Positions 38,901 through 52,137 of a stretch of DNA of 64,000 nt are shown piece by piece. Source of the DNA: Raillietiella orientalis (lineage: Eukaryota); the NCBI GenBank assembly GCA_036172245.1, contig JAYWIR010000032.1:2046001-2110000 (forward strand), in the 5' to 3' direction. How positions within the stretch are numbered: the first letter of the stretch is position 1; each line of letters starts with the position of its first letter. The notes under the pieces are model-generated. The model did not search any database, was not told the origin of the DNA, and was given only the letters and a program-made list of their open reading frames with translations. Both the position numbers and the translations under genes were made by a program.

Positions 38901-39299
38901 GAGCGGGAGACGTGGCAGCGCAGGCTGGTTTCCAAAAACGTAAATCCTAACCAGGATCGGAACCCCTCATGACTTTTGGCTTCCAGCCTCCGACCCGTTG
39001 GTGCCGCTCAACTCAAATTTGCTTGATGCAACCGATTGTCTTGAAAAGAAGCTGGTCTGAGTCGGCTTCTGCACTTAGGAATGAGGATAACAGCAAATGA
39101 GCTGGAATAATACACCAACTTGCCAGTACATTATCAGTTCGTAATATCCTTCCGCGAAGCCGTGAGGCTGTTTCTGTTACCACTGTGCATGAAATGCGTC
39201 GATGGGGCAACGAAAACGGTCCAACAACAGCAGCCGTTTCATCTCGTCGCCGTGATTGCATCCGTTTCTCCCACTCATGCGTACAAGAATGGAGTGCAC

Positions 39300-39900
39300 A
39301 TGTTAGCACTTGCAATACGAAGCCCGGATTTGCAACAGTCTGCTCGGAAGACTGTAGGATTCGATGGTGAACTCATACGCTCCGAAGGATAGCCTTGAGT
39401 ATCGAAGCTACCAGGTGCTCCCCGCGTTCAGTTTTTTTTTTCCAGACTGCAGTTTTCCTCCGGTTCCGTTTCTCTGGAAACTGAATCACGATGGCAAGGA
39501 CGTGTTCTACGTTCCCGGCAGTTGGTTGCGAGGGTCTCGGGGCGTCCTACTTCGCTCACAGCCTCTGCACCCAAGCCACTGAGACTGGCGTGCTCGCAGC
39601 GGACGCGAACCCCGAAGAGCGGTAAGTATTATTCACACCTCCCCAGGAAAGCCTTTCTCTCGGAAAAATGATGCAGCACCCCAGGAAGCGACCCGCGAAT
39701 CCGCGCTCCGCCCTTAGCCGTGGCGCTGTTGTTTGTTTCACACGAAAGGGTCGCAGAGGTTTGTAAAGTGGGAATTGCTGTGCGGTAGAAGCTTCTAGCA
39801 CCATCATTTTCCCAGCGTCTTTTCATCCACATTCAAAAATAGCTCCCATCTTGTGACGACTGATGGCGTTCACAGGCGGAGCGCGCACTGGTCTGTGCTG
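39300..39900 (+). mobile_element. CR1/L2-like RT N-terminal remnant
   Basis: KTVGFDG (K..GPDG), VPFLWK (VP..WK) and RPTSLTASAPKPL (RPISLT...K.LE) occur in the canonical order. Confidence 0.5.
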
Positions 39901-40999
39901 CGCTTCGAACCCAATTCCTCGAGATCGAGCGCGTGTTCAGGCCTCCACCCTCTGTGATACTAGCACTGTGGCATCCTGTGCTCGTATCGGCACATTCAGG
40001 TTTCATTCGCCCATGTTTCGTGGAGGAAGAACAGAGAGTATTCGCCGAGGATGCTCACTGAAGTCCCCGTAGGGCTTTTCGTCGACCGAGGTGACCTCCC
40101 TCCGGCTGCAGCGTTCGCGACCTTGTGCTTGTCAGTCGGCCGCGTCCGGACAGTGCTCTCCCCCTCTGCAAGATTCCGGTAGGAACCCAGCAGCACTCTG
40201 CAGTTCACCTGCTTCTTGTTAGCAGGCCCACTGGCATGACCGTTTCACTCTGGGTTGCCAGACAACTTTTTTGTCATGAATAGACGAAATTTTGCGAAGT
40301 GACCCACATGACCAGAGGACTGACAAACTAGAGGGACAAACCTCATGAGAGAGGGCGGGACACGAGGTGACGTCACTGCTTTCGTCAGTGCTAGCCTGGA
40401 CCATTAATCGTCCTGACGCTTCCTTGGGTTTCGCAACCATACCGGTCGCCTTTCGCACGCAGGTGACGGCGGGACGAGCGAACCCTTCCTTCACTTCAGT
40501 GGTCACTGCAGCTCTCACGTGGCGGAAAGTCGCCTGAGAGGAGGAGGAGGAGGGAGCAAGTGCTGAGAAGGACGTCAGAGGAGGAGGGTACTGTGAAAAT
40601 GCAGCCTCCTGCGTTTCAGAAGTGCGGCAGGGTTACCACTTCCTTGCAGGCGAGTGCACACCTCTCGGGCGCTCCCCCATCCCCTCTGATTGGCGCAGTC
40701 GTGTTCCTTATTACCAGGGAGAGCCCGACGCGCCGGCAAGATGATGGCCTCGAGGAGACGAAGAGGGAAGACTTCCTTTGGGAAATGCTGGGAGATGCGA
40801 TCCCTTCCACGAGGTCCTGAGACAGGAAGTTTGACGGGCTTCGTCCTTCGGGACGGAGCCCGGGTTTTTTTTTTTCCCCTCCGCGATCTGGAAGGTCGTC
40901 CCACACGCCGCCCCTCCCTTGCCATACTGCTCACTGGCGGCCTTGTGTCGGGTCCTGGGAAACGGACGAGCATCGTCAACCGAGGGAATATTTTTTTTT

Positions 41000-43290
41000 C
41001 CAGGAGATCCCTGCTCCGAGCATTCCTGCCCAGCGGGTCTCAAGATGTCGGGTCGCGACCCTCCAGCAGAGGCTCCGTTGGGTGAGGTGGGCCTCTCCCT
41101 CGTCTGCCACGAAGGCATGGGAGGATGGGAGAGGACCCATCGCCGAAATGATGCAGGACGGAGTGAACCGGTCACGCTCGCAACAGCACCGGTTCAAAAG
41201 AACAGGCTGAGGAGCGCCGGCGGCTGCGTTGGAATCCCCGTCTGACCTCAGTGACCTCTCCAGTGATAAGCTCGCTCGGAAAAGCGGGGAGTTTCCTCCT
41301 TGTGACGGTGCAACGAGCGCAGGAAGCCGGGAAGGCCGGCCGACAAGGTCGAACCATCCCGGCGACATCAGAAGGCGCTCATGAATCCCCTTCCTCTCTC
41401 CCAAAGCAGCTTGAGCTCTCTTTCGAGGAGGCCGTGGTCTCTTCCTCCTGCAGCCTGAGCCAGGTGTCCACGGTTCGCTCCGCGACCGCGTGAGTCTGTT
41501 CTTTGCTGACCATGGATCGCTCCACCAATCCCACCCGTGCCTTGGAGGGTGGCCTAATCTTCGCGCCTCACAAGGGAACGGCCAGTTTCTGAGGACCCCT
41601 CCCGTGCTGGAGAGAAACCAACCAATCTGAAGGAGGCCGGCGCTCGGCCCGTCCGCCGCAGGCACGGCGCCAGCTCGCGCTGCAGGGGTCTCAGCTCTTC
41701 CCAAAGACCACCGTCTCTGGCAGCGGGAGACAAGTGCAAGCAGCCCTGCAGCCAAGTGCATCCATGGTCGTCCCGGCGCCTGCACCGGTTGCAGCTCTCC
41801 TGAGCCCTTCGGCGGCGTGGTGGTCTCGAGGAGTCTCGCAGAGTGACCCTCCGCAGGGCATTCGCTCGCCATGCGCCGCACGCACTTCGTGCGAGGCGGA
41901 TGACAAGGTTTTGGAGTTTGGCAAGCCTGCTGCACCCGATCGCCAGGTTCGCCTCTCCGCCAACGCGGCTCGCTCACTTGGACAGCTGACATCCAGCCGC
42001 CTGTTCAGAGCATTCCTGGAATCCCTGGCGTTCTCTAGCAGCAGGGGGCAAGTGCAGCCTTTGAAGAGGCTGTCGCAGTGTTTTGTCCTGGCTTCCAGTA
42101 CCGTGAAAGCTGGAAGCGAGGCTTCCGGTCCGAGAGGAACACCCACTGGGATAGGAGAGCCTCAAATCCGTGAAGGAGAAGGCTGCTGCAACAGAGTGTG
42201 GCGCCAATTGGTCCACCGACCCAGCTAGGACATAAGAAAGCGGAATCCTATTCTTCCGGGACTCCAGGAAAGCAGGGACTGGCATGGCCGCTCACCGTCG
42301 GGAGCGTTCCGGATGAAGTTCCTTCAGAATAGCGGAAGAATTGCACGTCCCTGTTAGAGGGAGGAAGACGAAGCTGCCTCGAGAGAACTCGACCGGCTGC
42401 TGTATCTAGGCAACCGGATGGGTAGGAGTCCCAGCCCCTTTGTCTTTCCGAGGCAGCCGCCCCCGGGAGCGCAAATCCCGCGCTTGAAGTCGGATATCTT
42501 CGGGGTCTGAAAGACCGATATTCGCCTCAGCCTCATCCAGTCAAGCATCCATGTAGGAGGACCGGTCGCTCTTGGCAGGCATCATCGGCTCTGCTTCTGC
42601 ATTATCGGCGCACAGCAGTGGGGCGCTCTCATCTTTCACGCGAGTCCACGCCAGAAAAACAAAAAACAAAAAATCTTGCGCTCAGCCGAGATGATAGGAA
42701 AAGTGTTCCCGTTCGGAAGACCCGCGACTGCAGTCGACGGGGGGTTCAGAACGGAATCTTCCGGTGACCCCCGCCTCTGTGGGAATTCGGAAAACAAGGC
42801 GAAAAGGAGAAAAACTTCGAGGCGCTGCCCTTCTCGCCCGTGGATGCCTCCTGTGCAACGAGCGGAGGGGCGCAGGAGGACGGCATCCCTGACCACCAGC
42901 TCTCTCGATTATTCCGCCTTTGCCAACCCTTCTCTTCTCGCAACCCAGGTACATCTGCTCCCAGATGCCACCCGGTTGCCCCGAGGGGAAGCTTTCCCTT
43001 GAGACCAAGCATGAGAAGAAAGGACGCGACCTGGTTGACCCGGAGCTCTGAAGCGACATTCTCCCGTGGGAAAGCGTCCCACCTGAAAGCGCGAATTCCC
43101 GCCCGGAATGAGTCAGGGAAACGCGTGCTCTCGAGTGCCGGAGGGGATGAGGAAAGGAATCGCGTGTAGGAGATCTTTCCCTCCTTGGAGTAACCAGGAC
43201 TCGCAAGGGGGCGCTGTGCGAGCCCCACGCGCGATCCTCCCCGCTCACCACTCTCCAAAAACAAGCGCTGCGTTTCACATCCAGCTGAGG
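41000..43290 (-). mobile_element. L1/Tx1-type ORF2 remnant (RT to C-terminus)
   Basis: IIERAGGQGCRPPAPL (GVRQGCPLSP-like) at ~42900 and GLLPIRL (LPI.YLG-like) at ~42420. Confidence 0.5.
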
Positions 43291-43329
43291 CGCGCTCCTC
43301 TGTGACGCGAGCACCTGCTTATGTCATCT

Positions 43330-43990
43330 GCTCACGTGGCTCCCGAGAATCACTTGAATTTCGACGAGGGCAACCCGTCGCTCGTTCCCACAGCAAGTGC
43401 ACTCTGAGCCTTCAGCCACGAAGACAGGCGGGCCCGAACGGTCACCAGGGAGCATCTGTCGCTCCAGAGCTCTGGGTCGGAAGCTCCGAGCCCCTGCTAA
43501 GTTCAAGAGCAAGTTACTCCTCGGGAGAACCGGACGGCGTCTGGGAGCAGGTGCACCAGGGATCTGAAGAACACACGGAAGTGACGGGCAGCACCGGACA
43601 AAAAGCAAAAGCACCTGCGAGTCAGGGAAAGCGCCCTTGCCGCTCCCGGAACGCAGCATGAAGTCCTGTCCCCTTTCCCCTCGGGTGTCGACAAGAATCC
43701 TCTTTCTGCCAAGCATATCCGGAGTGCCCACGGCAACGCGGCTTCTAGAACGAGTCTTCTGCCTCCATCCTTGCGCTACGAGCAAGCAGGATGCTTCTGC
43801 CTCCATCCTCCGCCGGCCACAGGTTTGCACGCAACGGATGCCGACCTCCCAGCCTTTCTGAACGCGGGCGACTCCTTCCCCTCTTCACTCTGCAGGAATA
43901 GATCCTCGGACCCTCGTGGTTCTTCTGCCAAGCGAGTTGCCGCCCACGCTGGGGATGGACTCGAAGGAAGATGGACAGAAAGCGCTTGTG
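43330..43990 (+). mobile_element. RT fragment homologous to, and inverted relative to, the adjacent minus-strand remnant
   Basis: 43518-43562 resembles the reverse complement of 42943-42990, and RSMKSCPLSP lies at ~43650. Confidence 0.45.
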
Positions 43991-43994
43991 TTGG

Positions 43995-45400
43995 CTACCC
44001 CGCTTGGCTGCGGTCTCAGCGCGTGGAGTGCCAAGTGCCGCGGGTTTGAACTCTGCCCGGGGAAGGATCGACGTCGAGAAATGGGGGAGTGTCGTGGATT
44101 TCGAGTTCCCTATTTCAGATGCGGCACTGGCGGAAGTCGGCAACCCCTGGATTCTCCCGTTGACCGGTCCTGGGATTGGAAGTTGAACTTCCGGGGTTCA
44201 TCCAGGAATTCAAGGAGTCCTTCAGGGTTCCCCTCCAGCTGTGCAGATGGAGCCGTCCCCTCCCCCTCGCGAGGGACTCTCCATCGCGTACCACGGAGCT
44301 GGCTGACACATCCCTCAGGGGTTGCCTCCCCAGAGTGTCAAGAAGCGCGCTGCTCTCCTCGGGGAGCGACCCGTTCGGAGAAATTTGGAAGCGTCCCTTC
44401 GGGTTTCTCTCCAAAGAAGGAAACCAGGAGCAGATCCTTTCGGGGTTCCCTTCAGAGAAGAAATGAGGAGTGACTCCTCCTGGGGTTCCCTTTGGAGAGA
44501 ATAAGGAAGAGATTCCCCTCGGCGTTCTCTACAAAGAGGGAGAGGAACGGATTCCTTCCTCCATGGTCCTTCCTGGATCATAGGGTGGTCCCGCCGGAGT
44601 CACTCAACTAACTCGAAGAGTCAGCACGCCCCCCGGGCGGCATGGACAGCGTTCGGAAGCTCCACCCCTAGGGATGCGAACGGTTGCTCCGCACTCAACA
44701 GAAGAGAGTCAGGAAGACGTCTTTGTCCTGTCGGAGCAGCCGGGTGCATCCGCGAGACGTGAAACCGGCGGCAACCGCAAAGAGGGAGCGAGGCGGCCGC
44801 TGCAGCCCCAATCGAAACCACGGCAACCGGTGATTCCTTCGTCGGACTCGCCCGTCAGGCTGGCGGCGGCATCCGTTGTGGGCGACTCGTCTTTCCCGAC
44901 TGGGTGGAGGGCATCAGACTGCTTGCATCCGGGCGCAGAATGCGGGGGATGGCTCGAAGTTCCAAGCAGCACGCGATGCGGCGATGAAAGACGAGCCCGT
45001 GGCGTCCGCCGCCCCTGCCCGCGACTCCGACGTCAGGGAAGGAAGGGTGGAAAAAAGGGACGATGGCACCACTGGAAGCGTTGTCGGCCGTTGACAGAAA
45101 AAAGCGCGAGCATTTTGTTGACCGACTGCGGCTGATGCCTTCTCGCCCGTCAGTCGGCTCCCACTCTTGCACTCCGCGACGACCATCCGCGGGGGCGAAC
45201 AGGACGCGCGTTGCGGCTCCTCGCAAGAGGCTGGCGTTTCCGCGGGAACGCGGGTCTCCGGTATTCCGCCGGTGGAGCCGTGAAGAGAATCGCCCGCTCG
45301 CAAGCCGGTCGGCCCGAGCGGCGAATTCCAAGGAGTCGCCGAGCGGCGGTGCCCAAGGGGGGGGGGGGGGGAGCGCAAAGCGATGGCGCTCCCGCAGCCA
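43995..45400 (+). mobile_element. Decayed L1/Tx1-type LINE: tRNA-like leader copy 6 (43995-44720) plus ORF1 remnant
   Basis: TTGGCTGCGGTCTC...GCGGGTTTGAACTC and ~38-bp monomers at 44395-44545. Downstream GRVEKRDDGTTGSVVG and LMPSRPSVG...CGSSQEAG resemble the Tx1 ORF1 IPS..G..Y.GQ..C..C...GH region. Confidence 0.6.
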
Positions 45401-46750
45401 CTCGTCAAGCACTTCGGAGTTGCCCGCGAGCTCTCCCCTGCGCTACGGCGCGTCCCTTCCCGTATTTTCCGTCCCGACGCCGAATTCCTGGATCGTGGTT
45501 CGGAACAAACGCTCAGGTCGCGGTCTTCTTCCCGGAATCCAAGTTCCTCTTGGGAGGCGGTGATGACTCCGGAGTCCCGTTCTAGTTGGCAGGTGTGGAG
45601 ATGCGGATCCTTCCCCATTCTAGGGACTGGGTTGTCTTCCGGTCCGGGAACGCCTCTTCCTCGAGGTGCCCCTTCGCATCTTCCTGCGCTCCCTTTCGTG
45701 GAGCCCGCGCGGTGGACCGCCACGCCCCGCAGTCCGGACTCCAGCTGCGGACGGGAACCGCACTCCAGCTCACGACGGCCAAGATCTTGAATGAAAGTTG
45801 CGCGCCAGGTTGCTGAAGATGCCGCTGCACGGATGGAGAAAGGAGGTAGTGTTCTTGGCGCGCGGGAGCACGGCAGGAGGGATGCTGAACTTTCTTTGCC
45901 TTCGAGGTGCGAGCCATCCCTCCGTTTTCCAGCCTCTGTGATAGCAACCGCCGTAAGCGTTGCATCCGGAGGGTTCGCTTTGAGAGGCAGCAGCTGGGAT
46001 TGCCACGGATGCGTGGCTTTTCCCTTGATGGTTGTTTGCCACCACGCATCGATGCCAGCAGAGGCGGATCGTCGAAAGTCCTTATCCTGTGTGCATCCCT
46101 CTGGCGAGAATCGGCAACGGAGCTGAGATGATTTGGGCCTCTAGTGGTGTGGCCAGGTGCCGAAGAGAAAGGAAAGCTTTCCCTCATCTTCCCGGAAAGA
46201 TCCGCAAGAAACGGAGAAGAGCAGGAGGCGCGGGGTTGGCATCTCGTCGATTCCCTGAGACGCAGACCTGCGGAAAAGACGTCGACTTTCGGGAAAGTCT
46301 CCTTTGTGCAGACTCCAAATGTTGGTAGCCACGGCAAGGCATGCCTCAAGAGATGCTCCTTCCCAGAGTTGCCGAAGATGCTTGGCAACCGTCTCAGGGG
46401 CTGCATGGCACTTGCACACGCGGCACGGCGATCCGATTGCCCGCCGCGGCCGTTCCAGAGTGTGTCTCCAGCCTCTGGCTTCCCCGCGGCGAGCTGTGCC
46501 TGCCGGAACTTTCGAACTCCTGGGGCTGTGTGGCAAAACCACGCGAAGGAAGATTTTCGAGTCCAAGAGAAAGGAATCTGGCGGCGCCCATCGCCGGGAT
46601 GTGTTTCGTTGTCACGCGTGACGTTTTGGAGTGGGCTGCTTGCGCGGACTGGAAAACCGGAACGGGTAAAGTCGACTTGGCAGAGCGCACGCTTCTTGCA
46701 CGCACCTGCAAATTGATGGCTCTCTCCGAGGTCAGCAGCCTCCGCGACGG
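45400..46750 (-). mobile_element. Non-LTR (L1/Tx1-like) RT remnant
   Basis: RRQI..LLDSKIFLRVVL (WRPISLL..D.KI motif) at ~46590-46535. Confidence 0.45.
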
Positions 46751-48364
46751 TGGTACTCTTCTTCGTGTGACCTGAAGCGATCCATGATGAACCCCCATTG
46801 TTGGTTTTTGAATGCGTGTGACAGTAGGTTGATATGGCTGAGTTTCTCACTGAAGGGAGGTCAGTTGCTGGTTTTGGATGTTTCCAATTCCACGAATTCT
46901 CCATCCCTACTCTGCACTTTGAACCGAATTGAGAAAAAATGGTCAAATAATTCAAACATTCTTCTTTTTCCTCCCCTCTGAGATTGTGAGTTTCGTTCGC
47001 GAAACTCCGACTCCAACCCAAACCTACTCTGTAATGAATGGTGGTTGCGTAAATCATCAACCACAGCGTCACATAAAATACCTCCTTTGAAGCCACCGGA
47101 ACCCTCGCTGTGAATGGTGCGTCCTTTCTTCAACATTGGAACCATGTTTCCTCTTAGGGTGCTAGAAAACTGTTTCTCTCACTCCGTGGCATCCATCAAT
47201 TTCCGCTACTTCGAGAAGATTCCTGGTAGCAAAACCAGTATTGTGGATCATGCTCGAAGTGATCCGGATTCGCCAAGCCTCTTTTTCAAAGACCGCCGGA
47301 GTGCTGTCTGGTGAAGAATGTTTCCATCCTCCCCTTTATGCAGGCAGCAGCCAGCGAGAAAGGAACCCTTTCGGGTCGAAAGGGTGTGTCGCCGGCCCAC
47401 TGTCGATGGATTTCACCATCGAAGGAACCTTCAAGGGCGGGCGCTCTTGAAGCATCTGTTCGAAAGAAACGCAAGAAGACGCACAATCAGGAGAAAGCCG
47501 ACGCCGCTGCGAGCGTAAATCGCGACCACCTTACGGGTTCGAGCAGTGAACGAAGAACTCGGCAGTTCGGGTCTGAGATGGGAACGGCTTTAAGCAACGG
47601 AACTTCTTCGGTAATCTCTTGGCTGCCCGAATCCACCGAGGCTTCCTGGAAATGACAGCAGAAATCATGGTGCCCTCGTACGAGGATGATTGCTCTCTGT
47701 ACAACAGTAATCGTTCTTTGTATAACAGCAGAGGGAGCCTTGTGTAATTAATTACGACAGTCGCCCGAGGATTATTGCTTGCTCTTATCTTGTAACCGAG
47801 TGCATCTCGAAAGCATCTCTTCCCGTAGCCCCGCTTGCGAAAGGAGCATTTTTCCGCGTTTTCTCAGACGCACACCTTCGTGTTCTCTGCCCTCCGAATG
47901 GCGAACGAATTTTCTAAGGCTCCAGCCACGAACTGCTTCTCCTGCCCATGCAGTGTAAATGCATACGTAGAGTGTATAAATAAAAGATGCCGAGGTCCAC
48001 GTAGATGAGGACACACAGCTCGCTAAAGAATGTCTCAGCATACTGTAATGTGATCGCCGAGTGAGGAATTCAAAAAGCCTCTTAGGAAAAGACTCAGCCG
48101 TGTTTTTGTGGAATTTTTGGGCGGATCATGAGCTGTGGACCCCTGATAGACGCATTTAAGTGCCACCTTTCAAACTTCTCTATTGCTCCCATTGAATAAC
48201 TGCTGAATTCTGCATAATGCAGGATTCTACTGCATGGAAGTGCCGACTTCCCAGTTCATCCCTCTCGTTATTTCCGGCGGTAATAACAAATTGGTGTTCC
48301 TTGGACTGAAAACCACTCATCTTTCCGGCAAAGTTCCGGACTCGGTTCATGACGCCAATCTTTG

Positions 48365-49100
48365 TTTTCCACGTTTATTGCAAAAGATATTTACACAGAA
48401 ACAGCTGCATAAAATATAAAAATGTCTTTCTCTGTGGTGGTTTTACATGACCACTGCTAAGGGAAGTGCCTCGGAGGCGCTGCTTCGCGTGAGCAGCGCT
48501 CCGATGAGGTCCGCGCAGGTGTGGGGAAAGGGGTAAACAAAAAAACAGAAAAACACAAAAGCTCAGTTTCAAAAAGATGTTGGGGAGGGGGATGGATGGG
48601 ATTGCATCGGTATCCCTTCCCTTCCCTTCTGACGTGATCATCATCCTCTGGAGGATGTTGGCAGCTTCCTCGTTTTGTTGGCAGAGATGTGGTCATCTTG
48701 TCGCCTTCCTCGTAAAGGAGCAGATTCCCAATTCCCATCCCCAATCGCCTGATTGGGGATGACCCCATTATGCGACTGGCCGCTTCGACGCAGTTTCTCG
48801 CCGCTGCAACCCCATGGAGGAAGCGCGGAGCAGCAAGGGAAGCTGCAGGCGGCATCGAGTCGCGCGCGAAGAGGCGCCGCCAAGACCTCTCTGCGGCTGC
48901 CCGTCGGAAGTGGGAGGGCCGCAGCGAAGCATTACCGGACACTCAGGAGGGCAACACAATCCAACAACAGGATCGGGAAGGTTTTCCGTTCCCCGCAGCT
49001 GGCACATTCTGCCACACTTCCTCTTGTCCAGTGGTGGACTCGCGCGTTGCATGGAATCTGCTATGCCGAGTCCCATCACTTCACGGGAAGCATGTAGCTG
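48365..49100 (-). mobile_element. 5'-truncated L1/Tx1-type LINE 3' end
   Basis: HHWTRGSVAECASCGERKTFPILLLDC and RRLFARDS, then a T-rich UTR, hairpins and minus-strand AATAAA at ~48380. Confidence 0.7.
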
Positions 49101-52100
49101 TCCACAAATACTAGGGGTGTTTCTGCCTCTTCAGGTGTCCAGGAGTTCCCCTTAGCCACGGATTCCTCTGGGGAGGGCGGAGGTGGGACGTGCGTCAGCC
49201 AGATGACGCGCCATCCAGAATCCCAGCTGCTTCTTTTTTTCCCGCGATCTCGCAGATACTTCCCGTCTTGCAAGGCCATCGTTATTTTCCACTTTGTTGT
49301 TGTTGCGTTGGGTGCTCCGCGCCCGGGTGGCCTTCCTTGGGCAGTCAGCGATTTCCTGCGACGACCACCGAGCGTACTTCGAGAATCGCAGGCATCGCGG
49401 TGGTTCCGGGCACGTGCCTTTTGTTTTCGCCCGCACCCATCTTCATGAGAGTTCGGGCACTCGTTGAACAGAGACTCGGAAACAAAGATGGCAATTGGCA
49501 GTTGCCCTAATTCTGGATTCACGTGTTCTTGGAGAGGTAAGAGAAGCGAGTACTTGGAGACGCGAAGCACCCGGAGGAACAAGGCTCGTTTTTCCACGTG
49601 ACTGCCCAATTAACGTGTAATGTGAATTAGGGGGTGCAGCCGACGGAAGACAGAATACTCCAAGAAGAAGACATATAAAGGGCCCTGAACGGAAGGCGAT
49701 CAGGCGTCTTGCCAAACTAAGGTGAAGCGACGTTTGAGACTCGCGCCGGATTGGCACACAAAGGAGCATGAAAATGACCTCCAGTCTGTGCACGACCCAA
49801 GACGATGCAACGTATGCATTGCTTACTTCAACGCGCCTGGCCCAGGATCAGATCGTGCCCTAATTCGGTCAGTCTCCTGAGACAGGGACTTTTCTGCTCA
49901 ATCGAAGGCATCTCCGATCTGCGGACGCAGGTGACAGACTTGAGGTTTCTTGATGCTTTTTAAACCGTTGTTGGTTTCAATGGAACGGATTTTGAAAACC
50001 ATGAGAACGCACCCAGCAAGATACCATAGCAGGATGGGTGTAGCAGCAGCGATCACGATGAATGGACAAACCAGCAGAGCCCTTTGCTTCCCCGTCTCAA
50101 CTAGGGTCCTCTTTTTCCGCTGCACCAAAGTTCTCTTGTTCGTAAATTATAAGCGAAAGCCGTGCTGCACGAACCCGCACGAGGGGACTGGCTCCGAAGG
50201 AAGGGAAAGGAGGAGTTCAGACGCCTCATTTGCAAAATGATGATGAAACCAAGCTGGGGAAGCCAGTGCCACCACTTGTGATGCTTTCAGTTGATTGATG
50301 TATCCAAGGAAAGCAAGTCTCCACGACCGCGCTGGATGTGAACATCAGAAATCAACTCACGGGCACGGGTCGTTTGGGATCTCCATTCGACAGCAAACAC
50401 TCAAAACACTTGGTTCCATTGTTCTCTCTGGTGATTGGATGAAGCTGGAGCGCTGCTACTTGCGGAAGTCCTAAAAAGATGTATGTAGTAGAGTGAGGCA
50501 AAAGGAAAGACCTTCTTCGACGTCGTGGCGACCGATAGGGGCGAATCCGTTCGACTCTTCCTCCCAGCCCCGCCAAGAGCTGCAGTCCTTGACGATCTCG
50601 CGCGTTCCTGCCCGTTTCTTCTGCATAGACCCAAACGGACGGATGTCCAGTTTTGCTTCCCATAAATCCATCTTATACACATATGAAACAACGTTTCGTC
50701 TTCTGTCCGGCAGCGTCCGACATCCTCGTTCCCTTAGTTTCATCCTGGGTCCAGCCCTGACTGTTAGGACATTTAGTCGGACTGCGTGGATGAGTCCTGG
50801 AATCTCAAGTGATCACCATTGGTGAGGAAGAAGCTCTAGGCATGGTGCACGCCCACACACTGCGTGACTTTCCCTTGGATGATTTTCCCCGTGAGCTGAG
50901 TAGGCAACCCTTGTTTGCCTCCTCTCCGCACGGAGAAGGTTCTTGATGTCGATTCCAGCTGGAAAACAAAATGCTCTTCAGCTGACGAAGGAGATTTTCT
51001 CCTTCCCCTCTTCATTTTGAAGGACATTTTGAAGCTCCATCGGTTCGATTCATTGTGCTACTGCAAGGACAGCATATTCGGGATCACGTGCCATCTGGCA
51101 AGGAAGCACGAAGAGATCACCCACCTTTCAGTGAGCAAAGTGGATTGTGGGTCAGAAGAAGCCATGCCTAGACGTGACAGACAGATACTCCGCTTCATCT
51201 TCCTAATCCTCGTCGATTCTCGCCCATCTCCCTTGGCGTGATCGCCAGTGCGCAGAAGCGTGCATCTTCGTCTGTGTTGGTGTGTTCTCCACGGCGTTCG
51301 AGGCGTGGAAATGAGAATAAGGACCACACGGTTTTCCTCTCGTTGTTGGGAAAGCAGGGGTCAGTTCGCGAGATCATCGCCAGCCCATGGGTCGACTAAG
51401 CCCTCAAAAAGCTGTTACTTCTGAAGACATACCGGAACCAGCTCAGCTGGTGGTGATGCCCCACGTGCAGCACAACTCGAACATCTACAGAATGCACCGT
51501 TTGAGGCACCCTCCAGACAACCGAGGACACGGACCGAGACCGAGACCCATCCAATGCCGGCAGGCTTGGCCCAGTGGCGAGAAAACCTGTGACGGCAAGC
51601 CGTGACGACAGCGGCTTCGAAAACCCGGTGGCTTCCAGCAAAGTGCTTCCGCCCGAGGACCGCCTCCAGCGTTGAGTGCCCATTGCAGACTCAGTTACTC
51701 TGGTCCACATTACCCTGGTCTGTAGAATCTGCCTTCCTCATTCTTCTTTCCTCATCCAAGGGGCAGGTTAGGGAAGAGCCTGGACTTCTTACTGTTTTCC
51801 TTAGCCCAGGCCCCTTATCATTTCTTTAGATTTCCTTTCTGCTGTGAACAACCCTTCTCCCCCAAGTTGGAAATCAAGCCATGCTTAGAACCAAGAGGTG
51901 GAAGCCGCGAAATCAACGGGGCTTAGGAATGTCTTCAACAAGATGGACCGCTGAACTTCTTGCTCTTCTTTCGCGGGTCAACGTCTAATTTTTACCTGAT
52001 GTCCATTGATAACCATTTCAACAGAATTAAGTAGGAAATCAGTGCAATTTTGCACATGCTGACTGAAAGCATGGAATATTAAAACGCATCTGAATTATCG

Positions 52101-52137
52101 TTAAATCCTTAATATCTCTGACCAGGCACTTTTGTAC

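Noticed and set aside
40976..41992. 338-aa minus-strand ORF
   Set aside because: Lies in a decayed LINE ORF2 and is not a coherent protein.
45582..47096. 504-aa minus-strand ORF
   Set aside because: No recognisable domain in frame. It overlaps a frameshifted RT remnant whose motifs lie in other frames, so it is probably a chance open frame in GC-rich decayed DNA.
49600..51300. BEL/Pao or other LTR-retrotransposon pol remnant
   Set aside because: Only a faint SNAYVA..LLC resemblance, which is insufficient without a profile search.
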